Of a DNA stretch of 64,000 nucleotides, positions 8,286 through 18,106 are shown in pieces; position 1 is the stretch's first letter; each line of letters starts with the position of its first letter. Source of the DNA: Patescibacteria group bacterium UBA6241 (GTDB taxonomy: Bacteria; Patescibacteriota; Minisyncoccia; Phycocordibacterales; Phycocordibacteraceae); assembly GCA_002441425.1 (NCBI GenBank), contig DJWB01000001.1, positions 224,602 through 288,601 of the forward strand, written 5' to 3'. The position numbers were made by a program, and so were the translations under genes. Under the pieces are notes generated by a model that worked only from the letters and a program-made list of their open reading frames with translations, was not told the DNA's origin and did no database searches.

Positions 8286-9635
8286 ATGGAACGGACACTA
8301 ATTGGCGAGCTTTCCGCACACAAAGGAAGCGAGATTTGCATACAAGGATGGGTTGACGTGCGCAGAGACCAAGGGAAACTTGTCTTCTTTGATTTCAGAG
8401 ACAGGAGCGGGATTGTGCAGGGTGTAGTACTTCCAGGAGATGAGAGTCTTATGGAGATAGCTAAAACTGTCCGTACAGAAGCAGTTGTATCTGTGCAGGG
8501 AATTGTTAACGAACGTCCAGAGCGTAACGTACAGGCAGATAAGCTAAACGGAGATATTGAACTTGAAATCAAACGAATAACTATTCTTGCACTCCCACAG
8601 ACTCTTCCATTTGAGCTAGACGCAGAACTTAATCTTGATACGTATCTTGATTATCTCCCACTCACACTTCGCAGCGAGCGCAGTCGCGCAATCTTTACTG
8701 TGCAGGCTGAGATTGTGCGCGCATACCGTGCATTCTTAAACCAGGAAGGCTTTACAGAGTTCCAAGCACCAAAACTTATCGGAGACGATGCTGAGGGCAG
8801 CGGAGAAGTTTTTGAAGTCCCATACTTCTATGGGAAGACTGCGCATCTTGCCACTTCACCTCAGTTGTACAAGCAGATTATGGTTGGGGCATTGGAGCGA
8901 GTCTTTTCTATTGGCATCGTATTCCGCGCTGAGAAGCACAGCACAACAAGACACTTGAATGAGTACACCTCTATGGATATGGAGATGGGCTTCATCAAGG
9001 ACCACACAGATGTCATGGCAGTTGAGAACAAGCTTATGCGCTATGTCTCTGCTGAGCTTGCTAAGAACTGCAGCAAAGAGTTTGCGCTTCTTAAGGCTGA
9101 GGTGCCTGAAGTTCCAGAACGTATCCCAAATCTAAAGTTGCGTGAGGCGCAGGAATTGATTTTTGCAGAGACTGGCAAAGATAAGAGAAATGAACCAGAT
9201 CTTGAGCCGGAAGACGAGCGTTGGCTCTGTGAATGGTCTAAGCGTGAGCACAACTCAGACTTTGTGTTCGTTACGCACTATCCTGTCTCAAAGCGTCCTA
9301 TGTACACCTTTGAAGATTCAACTGATCCGGGATATACAAACGGGTTTGATCTTTTGTTCCGTGGCGTTGAGATAACTACAGGAGGGCAGCGTAGACATGA
9401 CTACGAGAATCTTATTGAAGGAATAAAAATGAAAGGTCTTGATCCTGAGAAGTTTTCTTACTATCTCCAGGCTTTCAAATATGGCATTCCACCGCACGGC
9501 GGATGGGGTATGGGTCTAGAGCGACTCACCGCAAAGTTCCTTAATCTTGCAAACGTTAAGGAGGCAACACTATTCCCACGAGATATTAACCGCATTGATA
9601 CTCGCCTTACGGAGAATGAACCAACTGAAGTATGA
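8286..9635 (+). CDS. aspS: Aspartyl-tRNA synthetase, short archaeal/type-2 form
   Basis: Motifs SPQLYKQ, FRAE, GGWGMGLERL. About 449 aa and lacks the GAD insertion. Confidence 0.85.
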   Translation: MERTLIGELSAHKGSEICIQGWVDVRRDQGKLVFFDFRDRSGIVQGVVLPGDESLMEIAKTVRTEAVVSVQGIVNERPERNVQADKLNGDIELEIKRITILALPQTLPFELDAELNLDTYLDYLPLTLRSERSRAIFTVQAEIVRAYRAFLNQEGFTEFQAPKLIGDDAEGSGEVFEVPYFYGKTAHLATSPQLYKQIMVGALERVFSIGIVFRAEKHSTTRHLNEYTSMDMEMGFIKDHTDVMAVENKLMRYVSAELAKNCSKEFALLKAEVPEVPERIPNLKLREAQELIFAETGKDKRNEPDLEPEDERWLCEWSKREHNSDFVFVTHYPVSKRPMYTFEDSTDPGYTNGFDLLFRGVEITTGGQRRHDYENLIEGIKMKGLDPEKFSYYLQAFKYGIPPHGGWGMGLERLTAKFLNLANVKEATLFPRDINRIDTRLTENEPTEV

Positions 9636-11044
9636 AGCTAACTTTTAAGAAAGGAGATATTGATTCTGCACCTAAGGGCTATACCCGTGTTCGCCTTACT
9701 GGGGAGTCACGAGGAACAAAGAGAGTAGTCCGTGAGAACGGAATTGAGTGGCTTGAAATTGGTGCAGGCAAAGGTTCAGAAATGAACCGTAGGAAGTTTG
9801 TGTTGCTGTGTCGCACAATCGTAAAAACTGCAAAAGAGAATAAGTGTAAGAAAATTGCACTACAGTTTGATCGCTCTCCAGAATACTTCTCTGGCATACA
9901 AAAGGATGTAACACCAGAGGAGGTTTCAAGAATTGCCGCAGAGAACTTTGAGATGGCAAACTTTGAGTTCACTACCTACAAGACAAAGCCTAAAGAGGGG
10001 TGGGTAGCTGTTGAAGAAATACTTTTGTACGGAAAATCCTCTGCCGCATTGGAGCGAGCAGCAAAGGATGGACAAGTAGTTGGACAGTATGTAAATACAT
10101 GCCGCGACCTTGCAAACACTCCTTCAAGCGACATGCCTCCACAGCAGCTTGCGAAGACTGCTAAAAAACTCGTAGCAAATCTTCCTGTTACGGTAACCAC
10201 ACTTGGGAAAGCGCAAATGCAGAAGCTGGGTATGGGAGGAGTTCTTGGCGTAGCAAAAGGTTCAAGCCAAGAACCTGCATTTATTGTTATGGAATACAAA
10301 GGTGCTGCTGGTGCGCCTGTAGTGCTTGTTGGGAAGGGAGTTACATTTGATTCTGGAGGAATCAACCTGAAGACAGATGGGGGACATGAGATGCATATGG
10401 ATATGTCTGGAGGCGCAGCCGTTATTAGTACAGTTGCACTCGCCGCGAAGTTAAAACTTAAGAAGCACGTTGTTGGACTCGTACCGGCAGTTGAAAACAT
10501 GCCTGGTCCTGCTGCATATCGCATTCATGACGTGCTCAAGACACTTTCAGGAAAGACGATTGAGGTTATGCATACCGATGCTGAAGGTCGTATTATTTTG
10601 GCTGATACACTCACGTATGCAAAGCGCTTCAATCCGAGCGTAGTTATTGATGTGGCAACTCTTACTGGTGCCTGTCATGTGGCACTTGGAGATTATGCGA
10701 GCGGGCTTTTTACAAGAGATGATGCGCTCGCACGCACCCTTGAAGACACTGCTGAAAAGAGCGGGGACTATGTATGGAGACTTCCACTTTGGGACGAATA
10801 TGAACCAGCAGTGCGCGGCACTATTGGAGACGTGGTGAATTCAGTTGGAGGCGCCTCAAGCAAGTACGGAGGTGCTACCAATGCTGCAATGTTCTTGTGG
10901 CAATTTGCCAAGGAGCTTAGCTGTCCCTGGGTTCATCTAGATATCGCTCCCCGTATGACTGCAGCACAGGGAGAAGAGCTTTCAAAGGGCGCAGTTGGCG
11001 CACCCGTTCGCCTGCTTATTTCCTTTATTGAGTCATGGAAATAA
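9632..11044 (+). CDS. pepA: Leucyl aminopeptidase (M17)
   Basis: Motifs VGKGVTFDSGG and M17 signature HTDAEGRIILAD. Confidence 0.85.
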   Translation: MKLTFKKGDIDSAPKGYTRVRLTGESRGTKRVVRENGIEWLEIGAGKGSEMNRRKFVLLCRTIVKTAKENKCKKIALQFDRSPEYFSGIQKDVTPEEVSRIAAENFEMANFEFTTYKTKPKEGWVAVEEILLYGKSSAALERAAKDGQVVGQYVNTCRDLANTPSSDMPPQQLAKTAKKLVANLPVTVTTLGKAQMQKLGMGGVLGVAKGSSQEPAFIVMEYKGAAGAPVVLVGKGVTFDSGGINLKTDGGHEMHMDMSGGAAVISTVALAAKLKLKKHVVGLVPAVENMPGPAAYRIHDVLKTLSGKTIEVMHTDAEGRIILADTLTYAKRFNPSVVIDVATLTGACHVALGDYASGLFTRDDALARTLEDTAEKSGDYVWRLPLWDEYEPAVRGTIGDVVNSVGGASSKYGGATNAAMFLWQFAKELSCPWVHLDIAPRMTAAQGEELSKGAVGAPVRLLISFIESWK

Positions 11045-11775
11045 CTAACACTCAGGGATTCACTATACGTGCCGGATCATTTGAGGGACCCTTTGAGCTC
11101 ATTATTGAGCTCATTGATAGAAGGAAGCTCTCTGTAAACGAGTTATCACTGACTCAAATCACTGACGACTATATTTCGTTTGTGCGTGGCCACGAAGCAT
11201 TTCCTATGGAGGATGCTGCGCAGTTTATTGGCGTAGCTGCCACACTTCTTCTTATAAAATCTAAGTCTTTGATTCCTGAACTGGAGTTGTCTACAGAAGA
11301 GGAGGAGGACGTTGATGATCTCAAACGGAGACTGATGCAGTACGAGAAAGTACGAGAAGCTATGAAGGAGCTTTCTCGTGTTTTTGGAACTGCAGTACTT
11401 GTTTCAGCGGGAGACCGTGTTCCTGAACCATTCTTTGCACCTTCACGTGATTTTACACAGGCAAGACTTTCAGAAGCTCTATTTAGCGCACTACAAACCT
11501 TGGAAAAGGCTGAGGAGAAATTGCCAGAGGCAAGAGTGCGCCCACTCGTTACCATTGAAGAGATGATGGATACACTTTTAAAGCGCGTTCAAACTGCCAT
11601 GACACTTTCATTTAAAGACTTCTCAAAGGGAAGTGCAGAGAAAGTTGAAGTTATTGTTTCTTTCTTGGCACTCCTTGAACTCGTTAAACAAGGCGCAGTT
11701 GAGGCATTGCAGCACGATCCGTTTGAAGATATTCGTATAACTAATACGAGTACAGGAGTTCCTCGGTACGGTTAA
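11035..11775 (+). CDS. scpA: Segregation and condensation protein A
   Basis: N-terminal FEGPFELIIELI...LSLTQITDDY is typical of ScpA. Confidence 0.8.
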   Translation: MEITNTQGFTIRAGSFEGPFELIIELIDRRKLSVNELSLTQITDDYISFVRGHEAFPMEDAAQFIGVAATLLLIKSKSLIPELELSTEEEEDVDDLKRRLMQYEKVREAMKELSRVFGTAVLVSAGDRVPEPFFAPSRDFTQARLSEALFSALQTLEKAEEKLPEARVRPLVTIEEMMDTLLKRVQTAMTLSFKDFSKGSAEKVEVIVSFLALLELVKQGAVEALQHDPFEDIRITNTSTGVPRYG

Positions 11776-12614
11776 AGCACAAACAAGAAGAAAAGGAGAG
11801 CTGCAACGATACGGTATATACCGAAAGAAATGAACGTATGCTTTCTCACGTACTGAAGAAGGAAACGAATCGCGAGAAGCGCAACAACAAACGAAACAAC
11901 GAACCCAACTCCTAAGTTGCCCGCATCTGCAGAGGAAAAAGCATGCGCACTTTTAAATAAGTCCAAAGCTGTTGCTGCTGCCATAACAGGAACTGCAAGC
12001 AAGAAGGAGAACTCAACAATAGCTACGCGGCGAACACCCATAACAAGACCACCAATGATTGTGGCAGCCGAGCGAGAGACTCCTGGAATAATAGCGAGTG
12101 CCTGGAACACACCAACAGCTATTGCCTGAGGATAGGTAATAGTAGTTACAGAATCCGCGCCATCTTCCTTCTCCTTATGGAGTAGTTCAAAGACAATAAG
12201 TGCAACACCCCCAATTCCAAGCGCCCAGAGCACAACTTCAACATTTCCAAGAAGATAGGTCTTCGCAAGGTCATGCAAGAGGAGCCCGATAATAGCGGTT
12301 GGTATAAATGCTGCAGCAATCTTTTTAAGTATTGAGAAATCTAGAAATGATCTCCAGTACAAGACTACAACTGCAAGAATTGCTCCTAGTTGGATGGCAA
12401 TCTCAAAACTCTTCAGAAACTCCGTAGAAGGGAGTCCAAGAAGCGTGCTCGTTAAGATGAGATGGCCAGTTGAGGAAATAGGGAGAAACTCAGTAATACC
12501 CTCAACAATTCCCAGGATGGCGCTATCTAGCAAAGTCATAGCAGCTAGTATAGCAGCCCATCCCCAGGTCAGGTGGGTTGCTGTTGAGCGAGGAGGCGGT
12601 ATTCTGACTAGCAT
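11772..12614 (-). CDS. uppP: Undecaprenyl-diphosphatase (BacA/UppP)
   Basis: Motif GIVEGITEFLPISSTGHL. Eight TM helices. Confidence 0.85.
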   Translation of the reverse strand: MLVRIPPPRSTATHLTWGWAAILAAMTLLDSAILGIVEGITEFLPISSTGHLILTSTLLGLPSTEFLKSFEIAIQLGAILAVVVLYWRSFLDFSILKKIAAAFIPTAIIGLLLHDLAKTYLLGNVEVVLWALGIGGVALIVFELLHKEKEDGADSVTTITYPQAIAVGVFQALAIIPGVSRSAATIIGGLVMGVRRVAIVEFSFLLAVPVMAAATALDLFKSAHAFSSADAGNLGVGFVVSFVVALLAIRFLLQYVRKHTFISFGIYRIVAALLFFLFVL

Positions 12615-13163
12615 ATGGCGCTCGCGCTCTCATCCCGATTAGAAGCCCTTCTTTTTGCCTCAGGCGAGCCGTTGGCAAAGACTAGACTCGCGACACTGCT
12701 TAATGTGTCTCAGGAGAGTATTGAGGACGCCCTTCACGCACTTTCTATAACACTTCAGGATCGGGGTCTTGCACTCGTTCAGACAGGTAGAGATGTTGAG
12801 TTGCGGACTGCCGCTGCAGCAGCTGAAGATATTAAGCATCTGCGTGAAAGCGAGCTTTCTCGCGATTTAGGCAAGGCAAGTCTTGAAACACTTGCACTTG
12901 TTATGTACAGAGGCAGCGCAACTCGTGGAGAGATTGACTGGGTTCGTGGCGTTAATTCAAGTGCAGCAGTCCGCTCTCTACTTTTGCGTGGATTAATTGA
13001 GCGCATTGAAGATCCTGCAGACAAACGCCGTGCAAGATACCAAGCCACCATAGACGCATTAGCTCATCTAGGCATACAAGCAAAAGAAGAACTTCCGCGG
13101 TATGCTGAGCTCAGCGCAGCACTAGCAGCACACGAAGCGAAGGCAGACGAAAGCGAATTATGA
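12615..13163 (+). CDS. scpB: Segregation and condensation protein B
   Basis: N-terminal LEALLFASGEPL motif. Length 182 aa. Confidence 0.8.
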   Translation: MALALSSRLEALLFASGEPLAKTRLATLLNVSQESIEDALHALSITLQDRGLALVQTGRDVELRTAAAAAEDIKHLRESELSRDLGKASLETLALVMYRGSATRGEIDWVRGVNSSAAVRSLLLRGLIERIEDPADKRRARYQATIDALAHLGIQAKEELPRYAELSAALAAHEAKADESEL

Positions 13164-14134
13164 CCACTGAGCAACCTGATTTACAGACACTAATCCGCAA
13201 ACTTGAAAAGCGGCATCAAAAGAAACAGGCGACCACTGCGCTCGTGGCAGGTACTGCCGTACTCGCACTCACCGTACTTGTTGCACCGCTTTTTATGCAA
13301 CCAGAGAAGAGTCAGATTGTTGAAGCTCCAGCTCCTCTTGCTCCTGTTGCAGTGTCAGATGCATTCGCAGATTTACGTCTGGAAGGGAAGGCTGCAATTG
13401 TATTTGATTTAACTACTCAAGAAACTCTTTATGAGCGCAATGCACGCTCTCAGCTTCCACTCGCGTCTCTCACTAAACTTCTCACCATATACGCAGCCGC
13501 CAACACACTTGCCCCTGAGTCTCAGGTTTCTATATCAAGCAGTGCACTTGCTGCGGAAGGAGAGAGCGGCTTCTCTGAGGGAGAGACTTTCACCTTTAAC
13601 GATCTTGCGCGCTTCACCCTCATTTCTTCTTCTAACGATGGAGCGGCAGCAATTGCAGAAGCTGCCGCTACAAAGCAGGCAATGTCAGGAAAGAATCTTC
13701 TTGCAGGGGCTGCAGCTGCAGCTGGGCTCTCTCAGACGTATGCACTAAATGGAACTGGACTTGATGAGAGCACCTCTGTCTCAGGAGGATACGGGTCTGC
13801 ATATGATGTAGCGCGTCTTTCAGGGGCTCTTCTTGAGAAGGCGCCTGATATTGCACACGCAACCGTCTCTAGTATGGGATCAGTCCGTTCTTCTACAGGA
13901 GCAGTACACACGCTTCCTAATACGAATCCTGATGTAGTACACATTCCAAATCTACTTCTTTCAAAGACAGGATTCACAGATCTCGCAGGAGGAAATCTTG
14001 CCGTCGTGTATGACGCAGGTATCGGGCACCCCGTTGCCGTTGTAGTGCTTGGATCAAGCAGAGAGGGTAGGTTCACAGATGTTGAGCGGCTTATTAATCG
14101 GACCCAGGAGTACTTTATTGGGATCGCACCATAG
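13160..14134 (+). CDS. dacA: D-alanyl-D-alanine carboxypeptidase (S11, low-MW PBP), N-terminally anchored
   Basis: Motifs SLTK (SxxK), SSSND (SxN), KTGFT (KTG). Confidence 0.7.
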   Translation: MTTEQPDLQTLIRKLEKRHQKKQATTALVAGTAVLALTVLVAPLFMQPEKSQIVEAPAPLAPVAVSDAFADLRLEGKAAIVFDLTTQETLYERNARSQLPLASLTKLLTIYAAANTLAPESQVSISSSALAAEGESGFSEGETFTFNDLARFTLISSSNDGAAAIAEAAATKQAMSGKNLLAGAAAAAGLSQTYALNGTGLDESTSVSGGYGSAYDVARLSGALLEKAPDIAHATVSSMGSVRSSTGAVHTLPNTNPDVVHIPNLLLSKTGFTDLAGGNLAVVYDAGIGHPVAVVVLGSSREGRFTDVERLINRTQEYFIGIAP

Positions 14135-14139
14135 GATTC

Positions 14140-15201
14140 ATGATTTTGGCTGCTGCAAGCGTCCTCATTCCTTCCGTAATTTCCTTCATCATAGGAATAG
14201 CGCTCTCACCTGTACTCACGCACTATTTGTATAAGTATCAGGCTTGGAAAAAGAAGCCGGGAAAGGGGACAGGTATGGGGGACACGCAGGGAACTCCTTT
14301 ATTTGATGAGCTCCATAGAGAGCGAGAAGTTTCTACACCTCGCATGGGAGGAATTATTGTATGGGGTTCAACGCTTATTACCGCACTTAGTATTGCGGGT
14401 TTTGCATTCTTCTTCGGAGAGCCCTTTGAGACTTTTAACTTTGTGAATCGTGGACAGACCTGGATTCCTCTATTTGCGCTTGCCATAGGCGCTCTCGCAG
14501 GGCTGATTGATGACGTGCTGGAAGTAACTAAATCAACTGGAGGACTACGTCTTCGTTGGCGTCTTTTTGTAGTTGCTGCCCTTAGTGCATTTGTGGGGTG
14601 GTGGTTCTATTACAAGCTTGGTGTTTCTTCCATAGGCATTCCGTTCTTTGGGGAGTTGCAGCTTGGCATACTCTTTATTGCCTTCTTCATGTTCGTGACG
14701 CTTGCCTTGTATGCCGGAGGCATTATTGACGGCATTGATGGACTTGCGGGGGGAGTATTTGCCATTATTTTCATGACGTATGCGGGTATCGCGTTTGCGC
14801 AGGAACAAATCTCGCTCGCTGCCTTTGCAGCTACAGTCTCAGGAGCGCTCGTGGCATTCCTTTGGTTTAATATTCCGCCCGCACGCTTTTATCTGTCAGA
14901 AACCGGGACCATGGCGCTTACGGTTGCGCTTGCGGTTGTGGCGTTCTCTACAGATGTTTTGGGCGAGGGAGTTGGAGTTTCTGTACTTCCAATTATTGCG
15001 CTTCCGCTTACCGTTACTGTATTTACCAGTATGCTCCAAGTACTTTCAAAGAAAGTGTTCAAGCGAAAGCTCTTCCAAATTGCACCTATTCATCACCACT
15101 TTGAAGCAATTGGGTGGCCAGCGTACAAAGTTACGATGCGGTACTGGGTTATTACACTTATCGCGGGTATTTTCGGGCTTGCACTAGCGCTGCTGAAATA
15201 A
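14140..15201 (+). CDS. mraY: Phospho-N-acetylmuramoyl-pentapeptide transferase
   Basis: Motif GLIDDVLE, polytopic membrane profile, and the GGIIVW region. Confidence 0.9.
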   Translation: MILAAASVLIPSVISFIIGIALSPVLTHYLYKYQAWKKKPGKGTGMGDTQGTPLFDELHREREVSTPRMGGIIVWGSTLITALSIAGFAFFFGEPFETFNFVNRGQTWIPLFALAIGALAGLIDDVLEVTKSTGGLRLRWRLFVVAALSAFVGWWFYYKLGVSSIGIPFFGELQLGILFIAFFMFVTLALYAGGIIDGIDGLAGGVFAIIFMTYAGIAFAQEQISLAAFAATVSGALVAFLWFNIPPARFYLSETGTMALTVALAVVAFSTDVLGEGVGVSVLPIIALPLTVTVFTSMLQVLSKKVFKRKLFQIAPIHHHFEAIGWPAYKVTMRYWVITLIAGIFGLALALLK

Positions 15202-15241
15202 TTCTTTGGAAGAACCGGGTATAGGATAGAATAGGGACATC

Positions 15242-16351
15242 ATGCGTCTATCCGGGGATCGTATTTTTGCCTTCATTATTGCAATCCTCGTAGTGGGAGG
15301 TGCTGCAATCTTTCTTTCTGCAGCTCTTGGGCTACTTGCTCGCGACGGCGCATCTATAAGCAGGCTCGCGATGACTCAGCTTGCGCTTGGACTTATTCCT
15401 GGAGTCCTTGCACTAGCAGCAATACGCTTCTCTCCTCCTGAGTGGATTATGAAAGCAGTGGTGCCGTTTTATATATTTTCTTTGGCTCTAACTGCACTAG
15501 TATTTGTTCCGGGACTTGGAGTACATGCAGGAGGCGCTACACGATGGATTGATCTTGGACCCATAACCATACAGCCTGCTGAGTTTCTGAAGCCTGCAGT
15601 AATTCTCATGCTTGCTCTGTATTTGGGAAAGATGAAAGACAAGATTAAAGACATGCGCTATGGCCTGCTCGCATTTGGCGTGATCGTGGGCCTTCCTGCA
15701 TTGCTACTCCTTGCTCAGCCAAACACTTCAACAACACTCATCATAGGGGCCACTGCTGCAGCGCTCTATTTCCTTGCAGGGGCTCCGTGGAGAGACTTTG
15801 CAGTTCTTGCAGTTATTACTATCGTTGCTTTAAGTGCACTTTTGTTCACGAGACCATATCTCATGAACCGTGTAATGACATTTGTGAATCCTGCGCATGA
15901 TTCCCTTGGAAGCGGGTACCAGATCCAACAATCTCTTATAGCTATTGGCTCAGGAGGGATGATTGGTCGGGGATTTGGTCAGAGCGCGCAGAAATATAAA
16001 TACTTACCCGAACCAGTAGGGGACTCAGTCTTTGCTGTATACGGAGAAGAGTTCGGATTTATTGGAACGGTTCTTCTTGTGCTTCTGTTTACTGCGTTTG
16101 CTATGCGTGGGTTCGCTATAGCAGCACAAGCTAGCACTGCCTTTGGTGCCTTTAGTGCGACAGGACTGACACTTTTGATTTCGCTTAGTGCGTTTATGAA
16201 TATCGGGGCGATGTTAGGTATCATGCCTCTCACCGGACTTCCGCTCCCGTTTGTCTCGCACGGAGGAACTGCACTGTTGGCTGCACTCGCCTCAGTTGGA
16301 ATTATTTTGAATGTCGCAGCACACAGGAGTAAGAGGAAGACCTTCGCGTAA
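15242..16351 (+). CDS. ftsW: SEDS-family peptidoglycan glycosyltransferase FtsW/RodA
   Basis: Conserved SEDS block QSLIAIGSGGMIGRGFGQS...DSVFAVYGEEFGFIG. Confidence 0.85.
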   Translation: MRLSGDRIFAFIIAILVVGGAAIFLSAALGLLARDGASISRLAMTQLALGLIPGVLALAAIRFSPPEWIMKAVVPFYIFSLALTALVFVPGLGVHAGGATRWIDLGPITIQPAEFLKPAVILMLALYLGKMKDKIKDMRYGLLAFGVIVGLPALLLLAQPNTSTTLIIGATAAALYFLAGAPWRDFAVLAVITIVALSALLFTRPYLMNRVMTFVNPAHDSLGSGYQIQQSLIAIGSGGMIGRGFGQSAQKYKYLPEPVGDSVFAVYGEEFGFIGTVLLVLLFTAFAMRGFAIAAQASTAFGAFSATGLTLLISLSAFMNIGAMLGIMPLTGLPLPFVSHGGTALLAALASVGIILNVAAHRSKRKTFA

Positions 16352-16353
16352 GT

Positions 16354-16935
16354 ATGCCGAGTCCAATTTTAATGATTGGAGTTTTAGTTGCGAGCATAGG
16401 AATTTTTTCCTACATACGCGATACCGTCCGCGGGAAAGTTAAGCCAAACCGAGTTACATGGCTGCTGTGGGCGATCGCGCCCCTTATCGCAACAGCAGCA
16501 GCAATTTCTGATGGTGTTGGGTGGGCAGTTCTCCCTGTATTTCTTTCAGGCTTTGGACCTCTTTTGGTATTCCTATTTTCCTTTGTGAACAAAGAATCAT
16601 ATTGGAAGCTTGGACGTTTTGATTATGTTTGTGCACTATTCTCCTTGCTCGCCCTTATTCTTTGGGCCATAACGAGCCAGCCTGCTATAGCTATATTGTT
16701 TGCAATCTTGAGTGACGCTGTTGCTGCCATACCAACCGTTGTTAAGGCATGGAAGCATCCAGAGACAGAGAATGCAGGCCCATTCCTTTCTGGACTCTTT
16801 ACTTCCTCAACGGCATTTACAGCCATAACTGCGCTACGGTTCTCTGAAATAGCGTTCCCGATATACCTCATAAGTATCAACTGCGTTCTCGTCTTCTCAA
16901 TTCTGAGAAAAAGGGTTCATCTGGGGAAAACCTAG
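16354..16935 (+). CDS. Hypothetical polytopic membrane protein (about 6 TM) between ftsW and murG
   Basis: Hydrophobic profile only. Confidence 0.35.
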   Translation: MPSPILMIGVLVASIGIFSYIRDTVRGKVKPNRVTWLLWAIAPLIATAAAISDGVGWAVLPVFLSGFGPLLVFLFSFVNKESYWKLGRFDYVCALFSLLALILWAITSQPAIAILFAILSDAVAAIPTVVKAWKHPETENAGPFLSGLFTSSTAFTAITALRFSEIAFPIYLISINCVLVFSILRKRVHLGKT

Positions 16936-16962
16936 GTTCTGCTATAATCCAGCTATTCTGGT

Positions 16963-18105
16963 ATGAAAATACTTTTTACTGCAGGAGGCACAGGGGGTCA
17001 CTTTTACCCACTTATTGCTATTGCTGAGGCAATACGTGATGTTGTGGCAGAACAGAAGATACTTCCTCCAACCCTGTACTACTTGGCAGACAAGCCGTAT
17101 GACGAAGAGGTTCTTTTCGCAAACGATATTATTTTCCTTAAGGCACCCGCAGGCAAGGTCCGCAGATACGCCTCGTTTGCGAATGTAACAGATATCTTTG
17201 TTACCTTTGCCGGTGTAGTTAAGGCATTCTTTATACTCCTTAGGATTTATCCTGACGTGATTATTTCTAAAGGTGGGTATGCAAGTGTCCCTACGGTTAT
17301 AGCAGCCTCTTTGTTGCGCATTCCACTCATTGCGCACGAGTCAGATGCAAAGCCAGGAAGAGCTAACTTGCTTGCCGCAAAATCTGCAGTGCGCATTGGT
17401 GTTGCCTTTGAAAGTGCGCGTGAAGCTTTCCCACAAAAGTATCAATACAAAGTTGCAAAGACCGGCATTCCCGTGCGCAAGCGGCTTATGCAGAAGATTC
17501 CTCGTACTGAAGCGGTACAGACACTAGGTCTTGATCCACTTGTACCAACAGTCTTTATTGTTGGAGGATCATCAGGATCTCAACGCATAAACGAGACTGT
17601 CCTTGATGCACTCCCTGATCTTGTTTCCTTTGCGAACGTGATTCACCAAACAGGAAAGACTCACTTTGAAAGTACTCGCCAGACAGCAAGTGTAATTCTA
17701 GGGAAGAGTGCACATAAGGAGCGCTACCATCCATACCCGTATCTAAACGCAGATACATTAGTCCAGGCGGCAGGCGCAGCTGATGTTGTTATCGCACGTG
17801 CTGGATCTACTTCTATTACGGAAATCTCCCTATGGGGCAAGCCATCAATACTCATCCCTATTCCAGAAAGTATCAGCCACGACCAGAGAACAAATGCATA
17901 CACATATGCGCACACAGGTGCTGCCGTTGTTTTAGAAGAAGCGAATCTTACACCCCATGTACTTGCGAGCGAGGCAAGGCGTATTAGTACAGACACTATT
18001 GTGGCTACTCGCATGAGTTCTTTAGCTCAAGGATTTGCAAATCCTGATGCAGCAAGCATTCTTGCAAAAGAGGCTATTCGCATAGCACTCTCTCACGAAA
18101 AATAG
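16963..18105 (+). CDS. murG: UDP-GlcNAc:lipid I GlcNAc transferase
   Basis: N-terminal ILFTAGGTGGHFYP and the C-terminal GT28 domain. Confidence 0.85.
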   Translation: MKILFTAGGTGGHFYPLIAIAEAIRDVVAEQKILPPTLYYLADKPYDEEVLFANDIIFLKAPAGKVRRYASFANVTDIFVTFAGVVKAFFILLRIYPDVIISKGGYASVPTVIAASLLRIPLIAHESDAKPGRANLLAAKSAVRIGVAFESAREAFPQKYQYKVAKTGIPVRKRLMQKIPRTEAVQTLGLDPLVPTVFIVGGSSGSQRINETVLDALPDLVSFANVIHQTGKTHFESTRQTASVILGKSAHKERYHPYPYLNADTLVQAAGAADVVIARAGSTSITEISLWGKPSILIPIPESISHDQRTNAYTYAHTGAAVVLEEANLTPHVLASEARRISTDTIVATRMSSLAQGFANPDAASILAKEAIRIALSHEK

Positions 18106-18106
18106 T

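Noticed and set aside
9976-10524. 182-aa minus-strand ORF inside pepA; similar antisense ORFs lie inside gltX (19003-19521) and ftsI (46291-46671)
   Set aside because: Antisense to genes with strong family motifs.
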